A stretch of 49,487 nt of DNA, the filler included, from Sphacelaria rigidula (lineage: Eukaryota), in assembly GCA_964200075.2 (NCBI GenBank). It is 2 parts of 2 records of this genome, joined end to end, with 100 filler letters (N's around TTAATTAATTAA, not from the genome) between each part and the next. Parts side by side here need not be neighbours in the genome. Positions count along the whole stretch, not along the records: positions 1 to 24,697 come from CAXNAA020000193.1; positions 24,798 to 49,487 come from CAXNAA020000194.1. The stretch is one strand, 5' to 3'. Within the stretch, counting starts at the first letter, position 1; each line of letters begins with the position of its first letter. Below the pieces are notes generated by a model, which worked only from the letters and a program-made list of their open reading frames with translations, did no database searches and was not told where the DNA came from. This document shows, piece after piece, positions 23,411 to 36,400 of the stretch. The translations under genes and the position numbers were made by a program.

Positions 23411-23724
23411 GGGGCGCTTGCCCTTATCCAGATGCGCTCCCCCCTACCCAGGTGCGCTCCCCCTTTCCCGGGTGCGCTTCCCCCTACCCAGGCGCGCTTC
23501 CCCTTCCCCGGGTGCGCTTCCCCCTACCCAGGTGCGCTTCCCCATAGTAAGGGGCGCTTCCCCTTACCCAGGTGCGCTTCCCCATAGTCAGGGGCGCTTG
23601 CCCTTAACCCGGGCCGTTCCCCCCTAACCAGGGGTGCTTCCCCGTAGTCAAGGGCGCTTGCCCTTAATCCGGACCGCTTGCCCTTAAGCGAAACGTTGCC
23701 CTTAAGCGGGCGTTGCCCTTAACC
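23411..23724. repeat. GC-rich minisatellite, 20-bp unit (consensus GGTGCGCTTCCCCCTACCCA), ~14 copies plus shortened terminal units
   Basis: Exact 20-nt periodicity is visible from 23411 to 23690. Confidence 0.9.
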
Positions 23725-23784
23725 TGCAACAGGCCCTACACCGAAATCTTTTGCGGCCGACCAAATGAATCGATCGATAGCTTT

Positions 23785-23962
23785 CCAAATCTATTGATGA
23801 CGGCAATGACTATCGATAAACCGCGTGCCAAATCTGTTGGTGACGACGATGGCTATTGACAGATTGTATACCAAATCTATTGATGACAACAATAGCTATT
23901 GATAGGTTGCGTTTTAATCCATGGATGACGGCAATGAATATCGATAGATATATGCCAGAATC
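23785..23962. repeat. Tandem repeat, 43-bp unit, ~4 copies
   Basis: Units start at 23785, 23828, 23871 and 23914: CCAAATCTATTGATGACGGCAATGACTATCGATA... Confidence 0.85.
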
Positions 23963-24460
23963 AACTGTAGTATATGATACTTACCGACAGATTTTCTCTG
24001 CTGTCTATTGCCACACCTACATCGTAACATTCTCCGTATAGAGCATATTATACTCCGGTAAGGTACGGTAGAGAAGCTGCGGGTGGATATGCAGTGGGTA
24101 TATAATTATACTACTTGTGAACATATGACACCACGTTTCTACAATTTTGGAGCGCTTGTATTTTGTAGGAATCTACAACTTTTGTTGTTGGTGTGGTGTT
24201 GGTACTTATGGTCGTCCCTCTGATGGACATGAGCGCTTACAGTACTTTTGTGTGTGGGTCAGATGTGCTTATACCCTGGACAATAGGCTATGTAACAACA
24301 AATTGTGCGAATTGAGGTTTAACTTGGAGATGAGGTTCAAGCCTAAAACAGTGCTTTCCCCACACTCTTAGCGATGGTGCCCAATGACGTTTTTGTTGGC
24401 CCAATGCCCCTCGATCGCGTAGATATTTTTTCAGCGCGATTCACCGACTCTGTGAGCTTA

Positions 24461-24697
24461 CAGCGAGCAATGCTACGGTAGGGGTGCACTTTTTTTGCGA
24501 AATTTTGTCTGGTTCAGCGGCTCCTAACGATTCTAGAAGCACAAGAATATAAGTCAGGGCATCCCCATTTGCAGATTCATTCGGGATATTCCCAGCACAT
24601 TGGGGTCGTAATCCTGGCGTACTCTCGCATATTTTCATGAGTCGTGTTTTGGGTGAGATAAAGGGCTCCTAACAATTCTAACCTCGGAAAATATGTG
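24461..24697. mobile_element. TIR element truncated by the scaffold gap; the right end of another copy is at window positions 1-66
   Basis: TA|CAGCGAGCAATGCTACGGTAGGGGTGCA at ~24461 is the inverse of GTACCCCTACCGTAGCATCACTCTG at 42-66; GGGCTCCTAACAATTCTAACCTC occurs at both 6-28 and 24663-24685. Confidence 0.6.
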
Positions 24698-24797
24698 NNN
24701 NNNNNNNNNNNNNNNNNNNNNNNNNNNNNNNNNNNNNNNNNTTAATTAATTAANNNNNNNNNNNNNNNNNNNNNNNNNNNNNNNNNNNNNNNNNNNN
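24698..24797. other. Scaffold gap: 44 N + TTAATTAATTAA + 44 N (artificial 100-bp spacer)
   Basis: Symmetric N runs around a 12-mer that gives stops in all six frames. Confidence 0.95.
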
Positions 24798-24944
24798 TTC
24801 TTTTAACGAAAGAAAAAAAAAAGAAAAAGAAAAAAAAATTGAAAAAAAGTCGAATGGTGCGCTCATCGATGATTATTTTTTTTTTCGTAGTGGAATGCGC
24901 ATGTGTTTTTTCGTAAGATCACACAAAAGCGGTACTCCCGAACA

Positions 24945-25643
24945 ATGAAGAGCAGTAGTGATGGCCTCAAGATGGTCAATGCGCACCTCTTGTTGGATTT
25001 CAAGTTCTCACCACCAAACCGCGAGTGAGCAATCGCCAGACTCAAAGCCACTCCAAACCCTCAAGTAACGGGACGCACCCTGTACTAGTAAACGCGGAAG
25101 ACGACCGAAGACGACCGCCCTCCCCTAACTGCCAACGCCACTGGCTCTCGCTTGTGCATCAAGGGTGTCTGAGGGGGAAATGCTCACCGGTGAAACTCCA
25201 TGCTCGTTGCTTGTGTGCGCGTATGGACACTCGCTCGTCCTATTCGCTGGGTGTGGAACGGCATTCCCCCTGTAGTACAGTACCTCGAGAAACAAGATGA
25301 AAACACCACCCAACCACAGCCGCACCCGATGCGCCTATGGCACGCACACCTCGACTAAATACGCCACGCCGTTCGGCTGTTGATGGAACAGATGTGTGTG
25401 TTGACCAAATGCATGTACCGCTACTGTCGCCGTCACGGCTACTATACTGTACTGGTCTTTCTGCTCTTCAACAATTTTCTGCCGTGAAAATGAGACGGTA
25501 AACACCGCTGGCCGCGGGTTGTGCACGAATACCCATGACGCATGACGCACGGCATGTGCGTGTCAAGGGCATTTTCCACGAATGTGTCGTCCCCCGGACG
25601 AGAACAACTTCGCCGAACCCCCACCAAGAAGCTTGGAAAACAG

Positions 25644-25677
<34 letters not shown>

Positions 25678-27419
25678 GCACACTGGCACACTGGCACATG
25701 GGCGCTTACTGCACAGGGTTACACGATTCGGACGAATCATCGCCGGTTCGAATCACTAAATCTATGATTTTTCAGGCGTGCTTGCTCGAAAGAGGAAACG
25801 AAGTTGACTGCTGTCCGAAAGGTCTCCACGCAATATTTTCGCCATTCCACGTACCTGGGTTGCAGCGCTGGAAACAAAGTTGAAGGAATGGTTCGTACGG
25901 TACGAATCAATTATACTAAAATCAAGTAATTTCCAGACGAATCATCATTTCGTCCGACCCTTGCAGAATTGCCGTGTCTAGCTTTGTTTCGACTGCGCTA
26001 AACGCTGTGGTCCAAGTGTGGTCCCCAACCGCATGTCTTTTTATCCCATGTCCTTAATCGCAAGGTTCAACCGCGCCCCACCTGCCCCCCTACCCGCATT
26101 CGCCACCGGCTATGTACCGATTTGCGCCAGCTCGGACACCACAGGCGCACTTCCCGCACCTCCGTCGGATGCGCAAATAGCCGCACATGTGGAGGGGGAG
26201 GTGCCTTTAGGGAAGGTACCCGAAGCGACCTCCACGAACGGTAGCGCCTCCAGCCATGCTGTGGAGCCGCTCCGACAGACGTGTTTGGTGTCCTGTGATA
26301 AGAGTGTGTCCAAGCCGACTTCCAAGGTACAAGGATACAAGCGTGCCTGTCAGGATGGAGGTGCTGTGTAGGGGACTCGGACGTCAAGCGCATCATGCCA
26401 GCAGAGGATTTGAAGAGTGAAATGTACATGTCGATCATTCTTACGCCGAGCGTGTGTCGTCTCAGGGTAGTCCAAGGAGCATCTGTACAAAATTTGGTTG
26501 CGAAACTCGAAAACCTGACGCAGGGTTTCTCGCATCAACGTTGAACATACCCGAAATAGACGCTTTCATACTAGAATTGAGTAGTTTGGAGTTTGTACGC
26601 TTCAAGCTCACTTCATGGCACAAGAGCGAAAATTTTCACTCCGATTGTTGGAGTTAGAATCTGAAACTTTGCACACACATACTTTGAGACATGAAGAAAC
26701 TTCCATTGAATGGGATCTTTCGATTTTTTTCGTTCTCGCCAGTTATCGGGGGTCCCACAAGGGAATGTGGCTCTCCAGGACTCTCCTGGGACCCAATTTC
26801 ACACGAGGTTTTGTAATGTTTCCTCGTTTCATGTGTGCAATTTTTCAGTGACAGCACAATACACACGAAGCGCATCTCGCCAGAGTATCCTCACCCTCCT
26901 CCCCTCTTCCCGTGAATGCTTCGCACGTGCCCATTTCCTCCCTCTGGGGTAAAAGCAGCGGGTACCGTCGGGTAAACCCCGTCAACACACTACACGAACA
27001 CCGCAGAAGGCTGCGAGCGCAACAGCTGGCGCATCGGCGGCCTCGGGAACGAAAGCCCCGCCGTCCCGGTTTGCAGTACCGCCTCCCAAGGTCGCCGAAA
27101 CCCCGTCTGCGGTTTCGCGGATGACACGTACAGCAGGAAAGACCCCGAGGTATCTTACTCACTCATTCTACTATATGTTGCACAATTCCTAATGCCACAT
27201 GACACTCCTCTATTTGTGTATATCAAACGTGAAATGAAGCAGGATATACCTTGAGGTGACTATTTCCGCTCTCAATGTGTTGCTCTTGTGTTGCTCTCGT
27301 GTTTCTGTCGCACCTCAACAAGTGCTAGCAGCCGCTACGGCCTGCGCAGTGCCACTCCGGCGAAGAAGGCTTTAAAAGATGGAGGGCTGTCTAGGGCGGG
27401 GGCGCAAACACCTCGCGAG
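24945..27419 (+). CDS. Probable 5' exons of the same coiled-coil gene (Pro/Ser/Thr/Ala-rich, basic, low-complexity N-terminus)
   Basis: Candidate exons 24945-25024 (ATG...GA|GTGAGC), 26065-26326, 26959-27149 and ~27323-27419 join in frame (phases 2,0,2,0) and are phase-compatible with 30948. Two acceptors are AAG, and the last has alternative in-frame AGs. An extra exon near 27910-28100 cannot be excluded. Confidence 0.6.
25645..25698. repeat. (CA)n microsatellite followed by (CACTGGCA)3
   Basis: Direct reading. Confidence 0.9.
25725..25965 (+). mobile_element. Repeat family C (~260-bp MITE-like), copy 1
   Basis: TCGGACGAATCATCGCCGGTTCGAATCAC...GACGAATCATCATTTCGTCCGACCC, collinear with 29912-30174. 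Confidence 0.75.
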
Positions 27420-28464
27420 GTCAGATGGGATAGGGATGGAGATGCTGTTGCAATTCATTTGGTGAAATATATTTGTCGAAATAGTCCAGAGAGCCGCTTC
27501 GATGTTGCTGGATTGTCGTTAGTCTGTTCTTCGCGAAGTAGTGTCAAGCTTGTCACGTGTCCTTGACTTTGCATCCCATATCTTTTCTTCACAAATTTCA
27601 GAAGTTTCTCCTCTCCAGGGCGTACTGCATATACAGAGCACCGGGATTGCATGTTTTCCGATCCCATTCTTCGGAACACACGTATTTCAGCTTTGAAACG
27701 CGAAGGATGGAGGACTTGGAGGCGCATGCTGGTCCTTGTTGAGCGATGTATCGATGCATCCAAAAGCCTCTAAGTATCGTGATATTGTGCCATCATGTTT
27801 AAAGACGAAATGATGAACTGGAACGCCACACCGAACGCCAAAGAAAATGTTGGACTCTGGATACTGGCCGATGCCGTATATGGCATATTTGCATTGTGAA
27901 CGAGCACAGGATGACCGCGTGAGGCTACAGCTGCTGCTGTGGGCCGGTGCTCCTCGAGTGTTCCTCTTTTTTTTCCCGCTCGACCAACACTTACACCGCG
28001 AACGGGTTCGTGTGTCGATTACGGAGGCTCAGCTAGACCGCCTCGCGGCAGTCGTGTGGGTTAGACGCCTCGAGCGTTCGGAAAGCTTTGCTCGAGGCAG
28101 TGTGTGGGTTGAACCCACTAAAAAAAAAACGTCAACTTGGCGCAGTGCACGCACCGTCCCACTCTTCTGAGCTTCGGTCCTAGAGCGTTTCCTGGTGTGC
28201 GGCATATGGCGTGATTCAGGATAAAGCGAAGCATTATGGTACAGAAGACTCAAGAGCACGTCCGCGATCGCCAACGCCACGTTTTTCACATTTTCGAGTT
28301 CAGCACATGAAACTCATAATGTCGTAAGAGAAAAGTTGATTGATGATGCATAATAGTATATCAATAGCATTGATCCGCTTGGATTTGGGCGAGGGGTGCA
28401 TGGTGGCGGAGGGGACGAAAATAGCCGTCCCTGGGGAGTGGTTTTCACCGTGAATTTGGGAGTG

Positions 28465-28895
28465 GTATCCACCGTTTTTACCTACACCGTGAGACTGAGA
28501 ATAGCAATACTCTTGGATGATCCAAAAGTATTTAGGTATGTTTGACTATCAAGGAAATATTTCTTCATCAGGGGACTCAATGTACCCCCCCCCCCCCCCC
28601 CAGGGGGGGTTTTCCCCCGGTTTGGCCCCCCCCGGGGGCCCACGAAAACTCAAACACTTGGAAANNNNNNNNNNAAAAAAATTTAAGGAATTTTAACAAA
28701 AAAAAAAAAATTTCTTCATCAGGGGACTCAATACCCCCCCCCCCCCCCCCTAGGGGGTGTTATCCACCGTATTGGCCTACACCGTGAGTCTGACAATAGC
28801 AAAACTCTTGGATAATCCACAAGTATTTAGGTATGTTTGACTATGATGACAAGGAAATATTTCTTCATCAGGGGAGTCAATGTACCCCCCCCCCT
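28465..28895. repeat. Tandem triplication of a ~145-bp unit ending in poly-C; middle copy is low quality and contains Ns
   Basis: CCTACACCGTGAG..TCTTGGAT.ATCC..AAGTATTTAGGTATGTTTGACTAT occurs twice and TTTCTTCATCAGGGGA(C/G)TCAAT three times. Confidence 0.7.
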
Positions 28896-29911
28896 CCCCG
28901 ACGCTCCGTCTCGAAACTTTGTGCGTGATCAACGACAAAGGGAAGCAACAAATGAGTACCCCCACACATGTGATCTCACGGGAAGTATCTACCGTTTTGG
29001 CATGTTACACACGGATGGTGATTCACCGAAACAGACGCACGCATCGATAGAGCGTTCCAACTATTGCGTATTTTCCTTCAACCCCCCGTTTCTCCCCACC
29101 CGTGGATATAGTCGTGGATATAGTCGCTCTATCCCGTCCCCAAAGACGATAGCAATGCTTCTGGATACGCGGCAGGCATCGTTAAATGATCTTCATCCCA
29201 TCCTACTGCTTAATAGCCCCTTTTCCCCCCCCATTCCCTTTGCCGGGGATAATATCAATGCATCCCGTACCCGAACACTATGCGAGAAGGGGATGTTATC
29301 CAATGTTTGAGCCTTTTGCGACCGGATAACAGTGCATCTGAAGACGTGGCCGGACCCGGTAGAAAGCCCACATCCCACCATATTTAGCAATTATTTTCGT
29401 TTCCCTTCACGGGAACACGGGAAAAACCGGGGAAGATTTCGTCCCATCCCGTCCCCCCAAGTACGCACTTGGGTGAATCGCTATCGTCAGGGCCTGCTAA
29501 ATACGAGTAGCGGTGCCGCCGAACACCCAAATGGTCATTATACAGTATGCATCTCCCCGACGATGAGATGAGCATATGGTGTATCTCTCCAAATACCCTG
29601 ATGCTTGGGGTGTTATTTGACGTATTAGCCGTTTGCGGACGGACTACATGGTGTTTCTAAACGCTTGAGACGTGTCACAAATACATGAACACCCTTAATA
29701 TGTACCCCTAGGATAGTCAGGGGTGCCATCGTTCTTTTGCAGCAGGCCAGAGTGATGGATACCACCCCGGGGACGGCTGTTTTCGTATCCCTGGAGAGAG
29801 GTTGGCCCAATCTCCACATGAGACTCAAGAAAACTTCGAAGATATTTTTGCCATTTAGTCGTACGTGTCATGCCCAATTTTTCAACTCTCGATGAGGTCT
29901 TTGATGTAACA

Positions 29912-30174
29912 TGCACTGTTCGGACGAATCATCGCCGGTTCGAATCACCAAATCCACGATTTTTCAGGCCCGATTGCTCGAAAAAAAAGAAAAAAGTTGA
30001 CCGATGGTCGACAAGGTCTCCACGCAATGTTTGCGCCATTCCACGTGCCTGGGTTGCGCGTACCTGGCACGCAACGCTGAAAACAAAGCCTAAGACTTGA
30101 TTCGTACTGTATGAATCACTTACACTAGAATGAAGTTATTTCCGGACGAATCATTAATTCGTCCGACCCGTGCA
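29912..30174 (+). mobile_element. Repeat family C, copy 2 (best preserved)
   Basis: Ends TGCACTGTTCGGACGAAT / ATTCGTCCGACCCGTGCA; 3' hairpin GGACGAAT-CATTA-ATTCGTCC. Confidence 0.8.
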
Positions 30175-30947
30175 TTGTCACGAGACAGCCGAAACAAAAG
30201 CGAGGCAACATTAGCCCACAAGTTTCAACCAAATTTAAATGAAGTGGTTGGGACACATGGGTATAAGTGCTGCGGGACTTCACTTGGCGTTTGCGAGACC
30301 AGACTTGACCCGATTTCGGCCGCAAGTTTTACTACCCCCACTGATTCGATGTCGTAAATTCGAGTTGAGGCTTGCCTTTTTCCAAGGTCTGTCTCGAATC
30401 CCCCGCATTGGTCATCTCGAATGCAAAGTGTTACGGTTTCAGGGGTTCCAGTAAAGAAGGGCTGAAGGCTGATATCGCCAGAGATACCTCACATTCGGAG
30501 TCTCCATTGAATTTGCAGTCGGAAGATGTCTTTTTTTTCTCCATTGAAGTAAAAATTTGGCCTTGACCGCTCAAGTGCCGCACAGCGTGTGTTATTATCA
30601 TGTGGTGCATGTTGGACGGGGTATACTGCACCATGATGTATAGGGTTAGCTTTCCGGCAACACCGCTTTTCTGGGGTGTTTTTGAGTGTTGAGGTCCTTT
30701 CATCAAGACCGCTTTGTACCTCGATGCCCTACTTGATGGAGTGATGGAGATGAAGACTTTGATTGACTATTGGAGCAAGTCATTTTTCTTCTTGAGCATT
30801 TCTCCTTCGACGGTGCCAGATACTCCCATCTCCCATCAATCTCGGCATCGGCATCGGATGCAAAAGTCTTTTTTTTATTATATTGCCCGAATTTCTTGCA
30901 GTTTTTTAACCACCAAATGTGGGAATTCTCATCAAAATCCAAAACAG

Positions 30948-33391
30948 GCGGCTATTCTGGCGAAGAAGCAGTTGACGGAGAGGAAGCAAAGAGAGGCGGC
31001 GCTGCACAAGCGTCAGCAAGACGAGGTGATCATTATTACGGAACGACCTTTCAAATGTATCTTATTTCAAATATCTTGTCTCGAATACCATAGGCGTCCT
31101 TTCCTACCCTTCCCGTTCAGGGTGTCCTTGCGCCGCTTATGCTCACGTATGTTTGAGTGCACTGCACTGTAAAGTGTAGCCTCTGTGCATATTTAGAGGG
31201 GATGGTGCTGCTTGCCTACCATACTATTATATCAAAGTCAGTGAGTGCACTTGCACTACACATTTTTTTCTTCATCTTCGTCGCTCTTGTATTACACGTC
31301 AAAGTCAAGTGCATCCTGCTGAACTGTTCTGTTTATTTGTCGCTGTTTTTCCTCTGTCGTAAAAAGCAAGGTAGGATGCATCTTTTGATTTGATTTGATG
31401 AATCTGCGGCTGGTTATTTTCCATTTGCCCTGCATCAGATGAAGCGGGCCGCACTGGCAAAGCAGGCGGAGTTGAAGGCGGAGCGTCAGCGATCTCTGCA
31501 AGAGAGACAAAAGACGGCGCAACGCCAACGCCTCGCAACTGCCGCCGCCAGGCAGGCTGCCCGAGAGAAACAGGCAGAGGCACGGGTGAGGAGATGAGCA
31601 TAAGTAGTGATGATGGTCTAGGAGAGGATTTGTGATGTGTTCGTTGTTCGCTGCTTCCAGCAAGGTCATGCCGTTGTGTCATTACTGGCGTCGAGTGGCG
31701 CATGACAATGGTATCGCGGTCAAGGAGATTCTGCCGTGTGCTTCTTCCCAAACAGGCGCAAGAGCTGAGGAGCAAGATGGCGGAGAGCAAAGAGTTGAAT
31801 GACACCCTCAAGAGAGAGGAACGCCTCAGGCGACGAATCAGCCTAGATCACAGGGTGAGAACGCAAACCTAGACGAGAAACAAGGATCACTTCCTGCTTG
31901 CCTCTAATTATTTTTGTGCAGCACATCAGTAAAGAAGACGAGATTTCAAACAGCCGCCGTGCTACTTTACTTCCCTTTCTCTCTCTGTGTTTTCTTCTTT
32001 CCTTGTGACACGACGTACCTCAGAGCGGTGATGAATATCGGCCGATTTGACGGGTGTCCAAGTTTCTCACCAACGTATGTGTACTTCGAAGTATATATAT
32101 ATATATATACATCTGTATGTCTGATGCTCTTGCTCCAGTGCTGGGGCATCGCCAATATCAATTTCACAACAGCACTGTGTAGTGTTGATTCGTTGTCCTG
32201 GTGTTTCTCTTGTCCAGCCTTTGTTCAATTTTGTACATCGCTGTTGTTTCCCCGCCTGTCTGCTTTTCTATTCCTTGAGCAGAGTGAGGCGTGGGGCAGA
32301 ACGAGGGAGCACAAAAAGAAGCAGCAGAAGGCCTTGCGGAAGGAACAAAAATGTATCATGGAGGGACACAGTGTGAGCAGGCCTGTCCATCAGCGGTACC
32401 TTTTGTCTCGCCTAGTTTGCTGTCGTATCAGGTTGAATGATTTATTGTCGTACTTTGAGTGACCCTCCAGGTATCCAGGCGTGGTCACATGATGTTGACA
32501 TGATGTTCGCATGATTATGGCCATTATCCACATGATGGACGCACCCGAGACAAGAACAAAGCTGAAACGCTGAGGTGTAGGGGTGGGTGTAGGGGTGGCG
32601 ATGAAGCCGTCGTTTTCTTTCGCAAATCCGCTATCATCGTAATATAGTGCCAGCGTATCGACATGCGAGCAAGTGTTTTTTTTTTTCTCTGAACGCGTGT
32701 TTTTGAACATGCCTCTTGTTCCCTGCAACTGCGGCGTTCCGGCCAAGTTTTGATCGCCTTTTGAGTTTGTGAGGTTCCCAACGCCGTGAGATGTCAACAC
32801 CCGATTCCGCGCCATTCATACTTAGCTCACCTACCTGGTACCCGGCAGTACGAGTATACCATCGAGGAAATAATAACCCCTCTCGTACCTCGTATCCTTG
32901 TATGCTTCTACCCTACATGTTGATACTTGGTGCTATCGTATTGACCCACACACTCCTTACTGGAATCGTCGTAACTCGCGCAACTTTTGGCATATGACCA
33001 GATGTTCCTTGAAGCGAAGGACAAAGTGCGGCTGGAGGAGAAGCACGAGGAAAACCTGGAAAGGATCTGGCGAGCCAGACAAGGATTCCTTCACAAGCGC
33101 TTGGATATGGGAATGAAAGACGTGTCCGCCTACGTAAGTATGAAAGTTGTATGTCGTACTCCACTGCATGATTGCATGATGTCTATGCTGTGGAGTATTG
33201 CATTGAAAGACAACAGCGTGATGTTACTCGAGCATTCCGCCAAGACCTGAGTGTTGTTGTATTGTGCGGTGGTAGCTAACGCTGGTGCATACTGTACTTG
33301 TTGCGGCCTGCACTCATGTGTCTGCTGTGTTCTCAACTGCAAATCGCATTTTAACACCGGAATGCCATCGACGTCGACCTGTGGTTCTACG

Positions 33392-33453
<62 letters not shown>

Positions 33454-36400
33454 CCGCTCATTACCGTCCCCAGATGGCTATGGTCAATATTTATTGTGCG
33501 AATAACGGATACGGATCCAGTGCCGTGTGTGCTCCATCCATGGAACTTTATAACTCCAGATTCAAGAGAGTGTCCGTCATCTCAACACCTTTTCGTGCCC
33601 TCGGTTGTCCAAATGTTTCTCTCGGCCGTTGTATGTTGTTTGTGTTTTGTCGCTGTACGCGCTTTAAGCTGGGGGCCCTCCCAGCGAATGTGTCGGCATG
33701 TTGCGAGTGTTCGTGGTTTGTATCGCGTCTCTGAGAATTTTTCTGGGTCCAATGTTATTTCTTTTCATTTCCTTATATCTTATTTTGGGTGGTTAGTCTA
33801 TTACCACGGAAGGCGTCCGCATCAGATGCCAAGTAACGATTACTGAGCAGATATTGGGACGATTTTCAATGTGACAACAACAATAACAACAACTGTCGAG
33901 TTACACGAAATTTATGCCATCTGTCGTTTTGCTGTTATTTTTGCACAAGTGCGCCCAGTTTGTATTGACGCTTGTCAGGCAGCGCGCACATGCTCTTCGT
34001 GTGTCCCAGTCTACACTAGGTAGACTAGGCCGTCAATCACCCCAGCATAGACGTGTAGAACGTCCTTTTCCCTCCGCGCGTTTTCCTTGTGTCTGTCTAT
34101 CTGTGTGCTTTGCTGCTGTGTACACCAGGAAGCATGCGAATTGCGCCGAGCTCGTCTGGAAGACCAGGCCGCTCTTGAAGAGGCCGCGCAAGAAGAGAAC
34201 AGACGGAGAAGGGAATCTGCACAATGGGCGTAAGTGCTTTATATCCTGTCCACCATGCACTTTGCGTTGCACGAATACAGAGAACGTCTTTGGTTGCCAT
34301 TGGTTGGTCGTTGCCGTCCGCCTTGTACTATCTTGTTGACGCTAGACACAAGACACTTCAAATAATTCTGCATGTAAAGTACGAACACTTTTTGTCTGAA
34401 GATGAGCAATCGAAAGTTCTTCTCCGGGGAGTGATGCCGCGATAGTCCCGTCTCCCCCCCCCCCCCCCAATAAATTATATTATTTGAGAAGGCAAAATGT
34501 ACATGCAAATCAAAAGTCTGACCTCAACGCTCATTACGTTTCTTCCGCAGCGGGGGAGGGGGGGGGGGTTGTGTCAATGTTGTGTCGATGATCATTTACA
34601 CGTGTCGGGTGAAGAATGTGCTCTCATCGGCCCGCCACACACACGATGGTCACACGCCATGGGTATTGCCTCGACGGTGCTAGGCTGAGATACACGAGAT
34701 ACACGAATAGAGCACACTCTCGCAGAAAGGTCACGTCTGTCATGAAGCACGCCGGTGCTTTAGATGGGTTGCCATTTGCGCTGCGCTATGTTCAGCCAGG
34801 ATGGCTCGGTATGTGTTACTAAACATGAAATATTAAGTCCACGCCAGCTTTCTTGCATTGCCGTCAGGTCGCCAATCAGATCATTCGGGATTGTGCATAT
34901 TGCAGGGATCTTGCTGATGGTACAATTTTTCAGTTTTTTTTTATCTTGACGGAAAACTGTTCTTGTTTTTTCGATTTCTCCAAAAATCAAATTTGCCGAA
35001 AAAAAATCCGACTCTAGATCTGAGGAGAAAGTTGAGGTCAGACTTGAATTGATGTAGTGCCCAAGGAGGGGATTAGGCGCATTATCAACAACCCGAGGGA
35101 ATTAATCAAGACGGACATGCCGGGTTGTCGATCGTACGCGTATGGCCTGCTTTATGCCGGATTTTTGGAGATCTTTTCGATGACAAAACCCTGCACTAGC
35201 ACCCCGCCGTCAGTACCAACGATGGCTCGATAGCTGGGCTTCAACGCCACTATTTCCCTCGGAATCGGCTCTTGTAGGGCAAAACACGGCACGTTTTTAG
35301 CTTGAATGCTTTCGGTATTGGCGTGGGAAACATTTTGGTATTCGGTTGGAGCGCTGTGAAATAGAAGACTTGCGTGCTGTCGCATAGTCACTACAGCTTG
35401 TGAAGCCAGGTGACAACGCGCCAACGTGGAGAGTAAATTCCCTGCAAGGCATATAGTTGCCGCTACGCCCCGATGGTGTTGTGGTAAAAGTCACACCATT
35501 GGGTACAAAGAGGCGAGTTGGATTCCAGGCACATGCATTTTGAAATATTACAAGTATTTGATTTCCGCGCTTATAAACGTGAGACAGAATGTGGCGAGCA
35601 AACGGTGTCTCATCTCACGAGATTTCAGGCGAGGCGGATGTATTTGATCATAATCCAATCCGCGATACTGAATTCCGACGCATGTACCAGGGGAAATAGA
35701 GGTGGGTTGATCCCTTGAGACTAGCAGGGGACTGGTCCTGGGGAAGGAGAAAAGGGGAGGGGTTGAGAGTGTGACGATGAAACTCAAGACATGTTTTCAA
35801 GGGTAGGACAAATTAATGATTCGTCTGGAAATTACTTGATTTTATTGTGATTAATTCGTACGGTACGAATCAATCCTTGGGCTTTCTTTTCAGTGCTGAA
35901 ACCCAGGTAAGCGCAGCCCAGCCACGTGGAGTGGCGCAAAAAATGCGTAGAGACCTTTTTCACCAGTTGTCAACTTTTTTTTCTCTTTCGAGCAACCAGG
36001 CCTAAAAAATGGTGGATTTGATAGTCCGAACCGGCGATGATTCGTCCGAGCAGTGCATTTTTTCAATCTCCGTACTCGTAGGCTAGGCTCATCATTCCGC
36101 AATTTCAATCATCAATAGGCTGCTCGTCATGTCGTCCGGCACAAGTACAAAAGAGGGAGATCACTGAAAAAGTTGAGCGTCACTGATTATTCTGCGTTGT
36201 TTTTTTCCTCTCGTTTCGCATTTTGTGGCGTTTGGCACAGGCGGAACAAGCAACACCTGGATAACGAGATAGCACGCGGCATGGGCAAGAGCCTTGACCC
36301 CGTGAGGCTGATCGAGGAGCTCTACTTGCGGGAAGAAAGCAGAAAGGTGCTGTCAAACGGTGCATCTCTGAGTTTTCACGTCGTAGATCCTGTACGCTTT

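Noticed and set aside
23013..23627. 204-aa ORF
   Set aside because: A translation of MITE, telomeric and 20-bp minisatellite DNA (VRVRVR, TLTLT, PGALP repeats).
23411..23962. Regularly spaced repeats as a CRISPR-like array
   Set aside because: Units are contiguous tandem copies with no unique spacers, there are no cas genes, and the context is eukaryotic.
24742..24753. TTAATTAATTAA palindrome embedded in Ns
   Set aside because: Artificial six-frame-stop spacer in an exactly 100-bp gap; not biological.
27610..28170. Additional exons for the coiled-coil gene
   Set aside because: Candidate acceptors give stops or lack a phase-compatible donor and partner; not supportable without RNA data.
28465..28895. 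Triplicated unit as a biological array
   Set aside because: The middle copy has Ns and homopolymer-distorted sequence, so copy number may be an assembly artefact.
33130..33734. ORFs with HTHT/CVCV runs (also 25442-25883)
   Set aside because: Translations of (CA)n microsatellites in introns.
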